The translations under genes were made by a program, and so were the position numbers. A model generated the notes under the pieces. It did no database searches. It saw only the letters and a program-made list of their open reading frames with translations, and was not told the origin of the DNA. This document shows positions 55,100-64,000 of a stretch of DNA of 64,000 nt, in pieces (the first letter of the stretch is position 1; each line of letters opens with the position of its first letter). Origin of the DNA: Nitrosopumilus sp. (lineage in GTDB: Archaea > Thermoproteota > Nitrososphaeria > Nitrososphaerales > Nitrosopumilaceae); contig OZ243974.1 of assembly GCA_965214775.1 (NCBI GenBank), positions 608,001-672,000 of the forward strand, written 5' to 3'.

Positions 55100-57189
55100 A
55101 CCCGGTTATAGTGACCGGGTTTTGATTCATAAATAGATGCTTCTACAAGCATTTTTTGAATGTAATTTCTTGCCTCTTCTTCGGTGAATTTTTCAGTCTT
55201 TTCAAGCTCTTTGACAAATGCCTTTTCTTCAACTGCTACTTTGTTGTCACCTTCCAATTTCTTGAGAATGTCCATGAATAGTTGCATCCTTGAAACCTCG
55301 CTTCTCGGTTTTCCCTGAAGAACCCCTAGGTCGACTTGGCCAGTATTGACGTCTACTCCTGCATCCTCAAGCATGCTCTGGAAAAGGAAGATGGCGCGAT
55401 CTGCGTCTTCTTCCTCTACCTTGTCTTTCATGAGCAATCTGGCCCTGGCAGTTGAGAGTCTGATGATGCCTTCAAGCTGCCTGGGCGTGACTGTAATCAT
55501 CGCTTCTGATTCGACATTTCTCATTTTAAGATAATAGTCAAGAATCTTTTCTTCTGCCTCTTTTGTCAAATCAGGAGAACCGCGTTTGGCATGTGCAAGA
55601 TATTTTGTAAGCAGGTCAACGTCAATTACAGAACGCTTGTTGATTCCTTGCGGAGTGTGCAATTCAATGATGTGTTTTGCAATTTGTTCGTCGCGCTCTT
55701 TGGTTGGAATGTCTCTTACAACAAAAATCAGGTCAAATCTGGTCAATAGTGGAATTGGCAGGTTGACGTTTTCTGTGATGTTTTTGAAGGGATCGTATTT
55801 GCCATACACTGGGTTTGCAGCAGCTAAAATGGACGTTCTAGCGTTGAGAGTTGCAACAATGCCGCCTTTGGCAATGCTTGCAGATTGCTGCTCCATTACC
55901 TCGTGCAACGCACTTCTGTCCTCTGGCTTCATTTTATCGAACTCGTCAATGCTTACCAGACCCTGATCGCCCAATACTACTGCACCAGCTTCTAGCATCA
56001 TAATTCCTGTCTTGTCTCGGACTACTGCTGCTGTAAGACCTGCTGCTGTAGAGCCCCTGCCAGAAGTGTATAGTCCACGGGGTGCAATTCTAGAGCAAAA
56101 CTTTAACATCTCGCTTTTTGCCGTACCGGGATCACCTACAAGAAATACGTTGATGTCTCCTCTAATCTTGCTTCCGTCACCTAGCGGTCTCTGGTTGGAA
56201 CCGACTATCAGCAGCAGAATTGCCTCTTTGATCAGTGACTGGCCCTGAATGTGGGGGGCAAATGAGTCAATCAGTCTTTGATAGACATCAGGGCTTTGGG
56301 CCAAAGCCCTGATCATTTTTTCTTCTTCAGGCGAAATCTCCTCTCTTTCGATTTTTCTTGACGTCTTGGAGCCCCGTCCTCCCAGAAATTCAATGTTGTT
56401 GCCTTCAATTCTTAGCCGATATAACCCGCTGTGCCCGCGTGTGACGCCGGTCACTGATTCCTGCTCGACTCTGACTAGGCCAGTAAGCACGACTCTGTCG
56501 CCTGGACGGGCATTATCCACCAAATCCTGCCTAACTGTCACATCAATATAGTGGGGAAGTTGTCCTGGCGGAAGGTCTTCGGGAAGTTCCTGCAGCCTCA
56601 TAATTTGAAAATCGATGAACTTGCTGTCTTCTGGTTTGAGATCAAAGTCCCGGTGTTTGCAGTTTGGATTATCGCAGACTACTGGAACCTTGACATCCAT
56701 TCCTTTGATCTGAATGACTTTTGTCTTGTGTTCGTCAGGACATACGAAGATCAGTTCTTTTGCAAGAGGCTTCACTTCAGAGGCTCTTACAACCATTCCT
56801 GAAACGCTTGTAATTGTTCCAATTGTCTCTGCGTTAATCTGTCTCAGACTTCTCTCAGAAGGATAGTTAACAAGTCTTACTCTGACTTCGTCTTTGATTT
56901 TTTCGGCATAGTCAGGGAATCTTGTTTGCAATGCCTCTTTGATTGCTCTGGAAAACGCATCAAAGATTCTGTCCGGATTATCAGTAAACATCACCTCTAT
57001 GTCCGGAACCAGAACCAGATCATTGTAGTCGACGATGATATGTTTTACATTCTTTGACATCATCTCGTCAACTGCCTCCACATACTTGTAGCTACCATCC
57101 TTGTCCTTGAAACGAGTCAGGAACTCTTTTACCTTATCAGACAATGCAGAATCAGTAAAGGCACTACTGGTTTGAGTGCTACTACTCAT
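55096..57189 (-). CDS. mcm: Replicative helicase MCM
   Basis: GDPGTAKS, IDEFDKM, TRFD; start MSSSTQ overlaps the GINS stop. Confidence 0.97.
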   Translation of the reverse strand: MSSSTQTSSAFTDSALSDKVKEFLTRFKDKDGSYKYVEAVDEMMSKNVKHIIVDYNDLVLVPDIEVMFTDNPDRIFDAFSRAIKEALQTRFPDYAEKIKDEVRVRLVNYPSERSLRQINAETIGTITSVSGMVVRASEVKPLAKELIFVCPDEHKTKVIQIKGMDVKVPVVCDNPNCKHRDFDLKPEDSKFIDFQIMRLQELPEDLPPGQLPHYIDVTVRQDLVDNARPGDRVVLTGLVRVEQESVTGVTRGHSGLYRLRIEGNNIEFLGGRGSKTSRKIEREEISPEEEKMIRALAQSPDVYQRLIDSFAPHIQGQSLIKEAILLLIVGSNQRPLGDGSKIRGDINVFLVGDPGTAKSEMLKFCSRIAPRGLYTSGRGSTAAGLTAAVVRDKTGIMMLEAGAVVLGDQGLVSIDEFDKMKPEDRSALHEVMEQQSASIAKGGIVATLNARTSILAAANPVYGKYDPFKNITENVNLPIPLLTRFDLIFVVRDIPTKERDEQIAKHIIELHTPQGINKRSVIDVDLLTKYLAHAKRGSPDLTKEAEEKILDYYLKMRNVESEAMITVTPRQLEGIIRLSTARARLLMKDKVEEEDADRAIFLFQSMLEDAGVDVNTGQVDLGVLQGKPRSEVSRMQLFMDILKKLEGDNKVAVEEKAFVKELEKTEKFTEEEARNYIQKMLVEASIYESKPGHYNRV

Positions 57190-57700
57190 TTCTTTCACCT
57201 TTGATTTGTTTTTCAAATTCTGCACTGTTGTCATAGATGGATTTGTAAAAAACCACCTCTTCTACGGTTAGTTTGCTGTACAGATCAGAGTTTAGTTTTA
57301 TAGAATCTGCATGTTTGACAAGCTTTCCTCGTCTCATCCTAAACAATTCAAGCATGATGCTTTCAACACGATCATAGTCGTCCTTGTTTAGATCTTTCAT
57401 TACCTCTTTTAGCTTGATGTAAAAGTGAGAATCCAAAGTCGATAGCTGGTATTCGCCTACCATCTTTTCTTTTGACAGGGCTTGCTTCAGTTCAGTAATC
57501 ATGTCTGGGGCGTCAATGCCTGCTAAATTGTTGTCAGCCAAAACCTTGCCCACCCATTGAGGAATATTCAATACCTCACCCTGTTGGCCTGAAATCTTCA
57601 CGTCGGCCACGTCAATCTTGACATCCTGATTGACCGTGGTCTTGGCATCCTTTAGGCGGTATCCAATCGAGTGCACTTTTTCTATGGTATCAATTTCCAT
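57182..57700 (-). CDS. GINS subunit (Gins23 type)
   Basis: IPQWVGKVL, FYIK, RMRRGKL; immediately upstream of mcm. Confidence 0.88.
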   Translation of the reverse strand: MEIDTIEKVHSIGYRLKDAKTTVNQDVKIDVADVKISGQQGEVLNIPQWVGKVLADNNLAGIDAPDMITELKQALSKEKMVGEYQLSTLDSHFYIKLKEVMKDLNKDDYDRVESIMLELFRMRRGKLVKHADSIKLNSDLYSKLTVEEVVFYKSIYDNSAEFEKQIKGERNE

Positions 57701-57889
57701 TATAGATCACTTATCCACCATAAGATCCTCAAGTATAGGATCAATCAATTCTCTTAACAATTTAGTCAGATCAATTGATCCTAGTCGATCTCAGGCTGAT
57801 CGCAGCAAGTTTTGGCGAAGTTTTGATTTTAAGATGAGGGATGTCATAATAACCAATTCGGTTTTATTGGTGGGGATTCAACCTTACCC

Positions 57890-58840
57890 ATGGCCGAATC
57901 AGGAATGTGGGTTGAAAAGTATCGCCCTCAAAAACTGTCTGATGTCGTAAACCAGACTGAGATCATTGGAAGCTTGGAGGCACTGATCAAAGATCCGACT
58001 GACATGCCACATTTACTGTTTTCAGGCTCGGCCGGCGTCGGAAAGACTACTACTGCCCTTTGTATCACAAGACAGATTCTAGGAGAATTTTCCAAAGACT
58101 ACACGCTTGAGCTGAATGCTTCAGACGAAAGGGGAATCGGGATGGTTAGAGAAAAGGTCAAAAGATTCACAAAGATTGCAGGATTCGCAGACATTCCCTT
58201 CAAGATTATCATCCTAGATGAGGCAGACGAGATGACCGGGGATGCGCAGACTGCACTACGTAGAATAATAGAGGACGCAGCAGAGAACTGCAGGTTTATC
58301 CTAATTGCAAATAATGTCTCAAAGATTATCGAGCCAATCCAGAGCAGATGTGCAACATTCAAGTTTACGTCTGTTCCTAGAGAGGATGTAATTTCAAGGC
58401 TAGAGGAAATAGCGAAAAAAGAAAAAGTAAAGGCTGACAAAAAAGGACTCGAGGCAATTTATGATTATTCAGAGGGGGATTTACGGCATGCAATTAATTT
58501 GATGCAGGCAACTGCCAGTTTGGGGACAATTTCAGAGGCAAATGTAAAGTCATCTGCCGGGCTAACTAAAACAAGTGATGTTGACGAAGTTTTGAAAATT
58601 GCCCTGTCAGGCAAAGTCGCAGATGCAAGAGAAAAGATGATTGAGTTAATCAAAGTTTACGGAATGTCCGAATCAGATTTTCTAAAATACATCAACGCTG
58701 CCGTCTTTAAAACAAAACATGACAAGTTATCTGGCATTTTGGAAATAATTGCAAAATATGATTATAGAATTTTATCTGGAGCAAATTCAGAGATTCAATT
58801 GTCAGCAATGCTGGCCGAACTGGCAAACTTGGAAAAGTAA
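57890..58840 (+). CDS. rfcS: Replication factor C small subunit
   Basis: WVEKYRP, ELNASDERG, LDEAD, PIQSRC. Confidence 0.97.
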   Translation: MAESGMWVEKYRPQKLSDVVNQTEIIGSLEALIKDPTDMPHLLFSGSAGVGKTTTALCITRQILGEFSKDYTLELNASDERGIGMVREKVKRFTKIAGFADIPFKIIILDEADEMTGDAQTALRRIIEDAAENCRFILIANNVSKIIEPIQSRCATFKFTSVPREDVISRLEEIAKKEKVKADKKGLEAIYDYSEGDLRHAINLMQATASLGTISEANVKSSAGLTKTSDVDEVLKIALSGKVADAREKMIELIKVYGMSESDFLKYINAAVFKTKHDKLSGILEIIAKYDYRILSGANSEIQLSAMLAELANLEK

Positions 58841-59204
58841 AAACGCAGGGAGTGACCATGAGGCCTGACGGCAATAGCTTGTTGCATAGCCCCTTGCCTA
58901 AAACTTGAAACTTGGTCAAAAATCACCAGCATGATCAGCGGATACTGACCGATACTGTTCAACGAGTGGGCAGTTGCCAGGGCGCTACTCTGCGATGGGT
59001 TTGGGGTGCAGAACGCCATGACGATGATGGTATTCAGGGAGGGCATGTCGATCTATATCAGGGAGCCCAAGATCCTCTCGCCTTTCGCCTTCCTTCCTTC
59101 CTCTCTCCTCCCTTCCCCGAGGCCAGATCCTGGGTACTTTTCACTTGGCTGAAGGCTAAATGAACAACACTAGTGTTAATGATAAGATGTGGCAGTATTG
59201 CCTA

Positions 59205-59791
59205 TAGTGACGATTAAAAGTCTTTGATCAGTTTGGGTTTGCCCCGATATGCCCCATAATGTCATACGTGAAGCTTGTAGTCCCTCATGTATTCGGACAG
59301 CGTCTGCCTCATCTCCTCAAAGATGGCATATGGTGAAAAGCACAAGTTCTTCAACAACGGAAAGCACCTCCCTGCATAGTTTATGCCCACATATGTTGAA
59401 GAATTTTTGCTCGTCATTATAGTACTGTGAGGCCATCACGTCGCGCTTTGCCTAGTGCCAGTACTCCTCTATGCCGCTGAACTTCTGGGTGGCCACCGGC
59501 AGATGCCTGACCCTTAGGGCATCCATGTTGTCTACAACGAACCTCTTTACGTCCCGGGTGGTGTACGCAGAGGCGCCATCCATTATTACCAGGACCTTTC
59601 AAGTGACTGTGCAGCCTCTAGATATTTGAGGAATGTCGGGCCGTCAAACTTGTCGTACATCCGGAAGAAACGGCGGCGTCCGTCTGTGGCAATTGCGCCG
59701 TATGATGACGGTTGAAAGCCTTTGATCATTAAAAAGTGCATTCCTGCATAGTTGGTTCCCATGCGTGCTCAAAAACTTTTAATCGTCACTA
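59205..59791 (-). mobile_element. Degenerate IS630-family element with 23-bp TIRs
   Basis: tagtgacgattaaaagtctttga at 59205 and its inverse ending 59791 (22/23); minus-strand fragments YGAIATDG...VIMDGASAY...IEEYW with stop and frameshift; a third TIR copy near 59703. Confidence 0.8.
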
Positions 59792-60172
59792 CAAGCCGCA
59801 ATCCTGTGGCGGCTTCCATTGCACGGGATCGTGATGGTCTCCCCGACTGCGAACCAGTACGTGCGTCTGACCGCCGGATTATTGACGAAGATCGGCTCGG
59901 CCTTTTCCTTCTAGTACGCCTCCTTGAAACCGTCCTTTTTTGGAGTCATGGGTTACGTATGCTATAGCGATCAAAATGTGTTGTGTTGTGCGTGCAATTA
60001 AAAATGGAATGTTTTTTTGGCAAAATAGGCACGATGTGTCAAAATCGTATTCCATTTTTTTATGTATTGACTATGGTTGGACATTGTTGATCTGAAGGAC
60101 TCGTGCTCTTCACCATACAAGTAACATTTGAACATCATGCCAACGATAAAAGCGGACATTCCAAAAATTAGA

Positions 60173-60466
60173 TTAATTTTTCATCAACGGTAAAGCTTTA
60201 GAATATGCATTTTTAATTTTCCCATGGTCCACTAGAACATTTTTGCCTCCCTTGATTTCCAGGATTCTTCTGACACAGGGAGCATGGTTTGCAATCCTGC
60301 CGTATGACTTGTTATTTAGTCCTAACCTGTGCATAAACTTGCAGGCAGTCCGTGCACCGGTATCTGAGAAGCTTTTTTGAAGAGCTGTCTTGGCACGCTC
60401 TGTTCTCTTTTGCAAGCTGTGGATATCGACTTTAATCATGACGATACAGCACTGAATTTGATTCAA
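60173..60466 (-). pseudogene. Probable N-terminal remnant of a tRNA-associated integrase
   Basis: Starts just downstream of tRNA-Ser; DIH...KF..L......GRI..H pattern resembles archaeal integrase N-termini; no catalytic domain follows. Confidence 0.45.
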
Positions 60467-60509
60467 GCTTCAAATCTTGTTCATTGCGGGTTATCAACGG
60501 TTACAGAAG

Positions 60510-60593
60510 CGCAGAGAGAGGGATTTGAACCCCCGTATGCTTGCGCACACAGGCTCTCAAGGCCCGCGCCCTACCGAGCTAGGCGACCTCTGC
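60510..60593 (-). tRNA. tRNA-Ser (anticodon TGA)
   Basis: GCAGAGG acceptor, anticodon loop CTTGAGA, long variable arm, GGTTCAAATCC. Confidence 0.93.
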
Positions 60594-60679
60594 AAAAAAT
60601 GTTGCAGACAACTGATTAAAATTTGTTGAGGAACGTCATCAGAAGGAATTTTAAAAATAAGAAAAAAGAAAAGATTTCT

Positions 60680-61216
60680 TTAATCGTGTGCGTGTGGGTT
60701 TTCAGAACCGGATTTCATTACAACATAGGTGCCGTTTGCTTTTTCATGAAATTCTATGTATGACGGTTCAATCAAGATTGCTTTTTCCGGACATGCCTCC
60801 TGGCAGGCCATACATTGCGTACAATCGTGTTCTCTGATTGGTTGCGATTTATCTGAGTAATCTAGGCGTTCATCTTGTTCGGTTAAACCAGTACCGTCAA
60901 AGGTTTCGTCCAAGCAAGATGATGCCGGAATATCTTTTTCGGTTCGGTACCATTGAAAAGTTTGTACCGGACAGACACTCATGCACGAACCTTGTGCCGT
61001 ACAATCGTCCCAGTCAACTGCGACAGTAGTACCGTGAATTCCAAGTGGGACTTGTTCTTCACCGCGTGCCTCATATGCTGCTTTTACATCATCGTTTGAA
61101 AATGCTGCACCGTCAGTCCTGCCTTTGCCCCAGATAAAGTGCTTATTTTCACCGTCACTGTGGTTTGTTTTTCCGACAACTTCTAGATTTTCGACAAATT
61201 TCTCATCTATTGGCAT
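60680..61216 (-). CDS. Dicluster ferredoxin (archaeal zinc-ferredoxin-like)
   Basis: VAVDWDDCTAQGSCMSVCP and CTQCMACQEACP. Confidence 0.92.
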   Translation of the reverse strand: MPIDEKFVENLEVVGKTNHSDGENKHFIWGKGRTDGAAFSNDDVKAAYEARGEEQVPLGIHGTTVAVDWDDCTAQGSCMSVCPVQTFQWYRTEKDIPASSCLDETFDGTGLTEQDERLDYSDKSQPIREHDCTQCMACQEACPEKAILIEPSYIEFHEKANGTYVVMKSGSENPHAHD

Positions 61217-61336
61217 ATTGAGATTAGTTTTAAAATATTATTTAAAGCTAGACAAAATTAGTTGCGACTAAATCCCACAGATCGTAAGTTTTACGTTTGG
61301 ATTTTAAGAAAGAAAGAAAGAAAGAAAATAGCTCTT

Positions 61337-61909
<573 letters not shown>

Positions 61910-62015
61910 TTATTTAAATCTAGATAGGCTGGATGAAGCGAATATATCATGGATTATTTAGGCAGGAATCTGATGATCCCTACGTTCATAACGTTGTACG
62001 ATAAATTCTGTTGAC

Positions 62016-62681
62016 ATGGACATTATCAAATATGATGTGTATCGAGGGCCGAATCTCGGAGTGTACATCAGTACAAATGACAGCGTGGTTTTGCTTCCAA
62101 TGGGATTTGCCGAATCAAAGGCTGAAAAATTAGCAGGGTATTTGGATGTTGACTATCATTATACTGCAATTGCAAATACCAGACTGATCGGTTCGCTGTC
62201 TGTAATGAACAACAAGGGAATGCTTATTCCCAAAACAGCATTTGACAATGAATACGAACTTTTGAAAAAAGAAACCAGGTTGGAGATCGGGGTATTGGAC
62301 TCTAAATTCACAGCTTTGGGAAATGTGATTTGTGTCAACGATAAGGGTGCCATAGTCTCGCCTTGGTTATCAGATTTAGATTGCCAGATAATTTCAGATG
62401 TGCTGGGAGTCGAGGTTTTCCAGAAGAAAATTGCAGGTTTTAATCAAACAGGTGCCGTAATGGTTGCAAACAATTCAGGTGCAGTCATACATCCTGAGGC
62501 AGACGAGGAAGACATGAAGACGTTTGCAAATGTTTTGGGTGTAAAAGTGGAGCACAGTTCCATCAACAATGGAATTCCATACGTATCATCAGGAATTTTA
62601 GCAAATAACAGCAGTCTGGTGGTCGGTTCACTTACAACCGGACCTGAAATAATGATGTTAACTAGGGCCTTTCTAAATTAA
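62016..62681 (+). CDS. eif6: Translation initiation factor 6 (aIF6)
   Basis: NLGVY, ALGNVICVNDKGA, TTGPE motifs. Confidence 0.95.
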   Translation: MDIIKYDVYRGPNLGVYISTNDSVVLLPMGFAESKAEKLAGYLDVDYHYTAIANTRLIGSLSVMNNKGMLIPKTAFDNEYELLKKETRLEIGVLDSKFTALGNVICVNDKGAIVSPWLSDLDCQIISDVLGVEVFQKKIAGFNQTGAVMVANNSGAVIHPEADEEDMKTFANVLGVKVEHSSINNGIPYVSSGILANNSSLVVGSLTTGPEIMMLTRAFLN

Positions 62682-63951
62682 GAACAGAGCTAGGATCTTC
62701 GGTCAGCTTTTCAAGCGATATTGTTCCCTCCTTGCCATCCTTCATGTCATGCAAGACTACATTGCCTTGCTCAATCTCATTGGGGCCAACAATTATTGAG
62801 AATCGAGAGTTTGAAGCTGCCTCCATCTGTTTTTTGACATTTCGTCCTGCCAAATCAATGTCAGTTGGAATGTTGTCGAGCCTCAGCATGGACGCAATTG
62901 AAAAGGCAATTTTTTGCATTTCGTCATCGACATAAACTACTGCAACCCTGTTTTGTCCTTCCGGTGTTGGAATAATTTTTTGTTCTTCCATCGTCAGAAT
63001 GATTCTCTCAACACCGCCTGCAACGCCGGTTGCGCCAATGTCATCTCTGCCAAATACCCTAGTCAGTGCGTCATATCGTCCCCCGCCAGCTAGTGCACCG
63101 AGTTTTGAGTTTTTATCAAATACTTCAAAGACCATTCCAGAATAATAGTCCAAACCTCGCACAATTCCAAAATTGATTCTAATGTTGGACACTCCCCGGT
63201 TTTCAAGTGATGAAAACAGAGATTTTAGATCATCCCATGATTCTAGCTGTGATGTGTCGTCAAAAGAATTTTCAACTTCTTGGATTGTTCCTTTAATTTG
63301 AGAGAAATCCAGTATTTTTTCTAGTTTGGATTTGTCATATCCTTTTTGTTCAAATTCCTTGAAAACTTGCTCCCTTGATTTTTTTGAGACCTTGTCAACT
63401 GCCCTAAGAATATCTGCAACTAGTTGAGGTTCCTTGGAATCAAATATTTTGTTAATAAAGGATTCGACTAAATTCCGATGACTGATATCAATTGTAATGT
63501 TTTTGAGCAGTAGCGAATCAAAAAGTCTGGATGTCAATTCAATAATTTCTGCCTCGGATTCCAGATTCGGTTTTCCGTAAACTTCAACATCCCACTGGTG
63601 AAAGTATCTGTACCGTCCTTTTTGCGGCTCATCATAGCGAAAGACACCGCCAAAAGCAGAAATTTTTGCAGGCAGTTTCATGGACTTTTGGGCAGTGGCG
63701 TATCTTGTCAGACCCATTGTAAAATCAAAACGCAAGGCAACTTCCCTATCGCCTTTATCTCTAAAGTAATAGATTTCATCCCTGATTGCAGGACCGGATT
63801 TTGTTTCAAGTGTTGTCAAGGATTCCAAGACAGAGGGCTCCATGAAGGAAAAACCGTACAAATTCGATAATTGTTTGAAATGATGTCTGATGTGCTCAAT
63901 GTTTGCGTTCTCCCTTGCCCCAAAATCCCTCATTCCCCTTGGCAATTCCAA
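62662..63951 (-). CDS. hisS: Histidine-tRNA ligase
   Basis: PRGMRD, FRYDEPQKGRYR, VRGLDYYSG, GGGRYD. Confidence 0.97.
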   Translation of the reverse strand: MELPRGMRDFGARENANIEHIRHHFKQLSNLYGFSFMEPSVLESLTTLETKSGPAIRDEIYYFRDKGDREVALRFDFTMGLTRYATAQKSMKLPAKISAFGGVFRYDEPQKGRYRYFHQWDVEVYGKPNLESEAEIIELTSRLFDSLLLKNITIDISHRNLVESFINKIFDSKEPQLVADILRAVDKVSKKSREQVFKEFEQKGYDKSKLEKILDFSQIKGTIQEVENSFDDTSQLESWDDLKSLFSSLENRGVSNIRINFGIVRGLDYYSGMVFEVFDKNSKLGALAGGGRYDALTRVFGRDDIGATGVAGGVERIILTMEEQKIIPTPEGQNRVAVVYVDDEMQKIAFSIASMLRLDNIPTDIDLAGRNVKKQMEAASNSRFSIIVGPNEIEQGNVVLHDMKDGKEGTISLEKLTEDPSSVLNLERP

Positions 63952-64000
63952 TTCAATGTTTGGTTAGGATCTGCAGATTTAAGCATTAGTGCCACAATTA

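Noticed and set aside
55096-58840. MCM/GINS/RFC as the element's replication module
   Set aside because: They lie beyond the tRNA boundary, have host-like composition and are ordinary chromosomal genes without inteins.

Overview
The window comes from an ammonia-oxidising archaeon (Thaumarchaeota, Nitrosopumilaceae-like), judged from the housekeeping block on the right. That block (46790-64000) holds fpr, ilvE, AglH-type transferase, Hel308, MCM, GINS, RFC-S, paired ferredoxins, aIF6, hisS and tRNA-Ser. The left ~46.6 kb is a visibly GC-richer integrative conjugative element (ICE) inserted at the 3' end of tRNA-Ala(GGC), with its tyrosine integrase next to the tRNA; no clean second att site is visible in the window. 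The element encodes VirB4-, VirB6-, PrgI/VirB3-, VirB2- and VirD4-like proteins and a complete archaeal type IV pilus kit with three large surface proteins. It also carries a ParM-like actin, a ParB-like gene split by an IS481 element, a truncated TFB paralogue, two phased tandem-repeat arrays, and AT-rich cargo. The top finding is at the left edge: a Schlafen/AlbA_2-APAZ gene translationally coupled to a short prokaryotic Argonaute (not in the ORF track because it runs off the window), a candidate guide-activated RNase defence system. Other highlights are a VirD4 coupling protein fused to a wHTH/PD-(D/E)xK nuclease (candidate archaeal relaxase), a TFB3-like factor with a shared BRE-less promoter architecture, and an extracellular-Ig/3TM/Mrr nuclease fusion. 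All family assignments are by eye from motifs; no searches were run.
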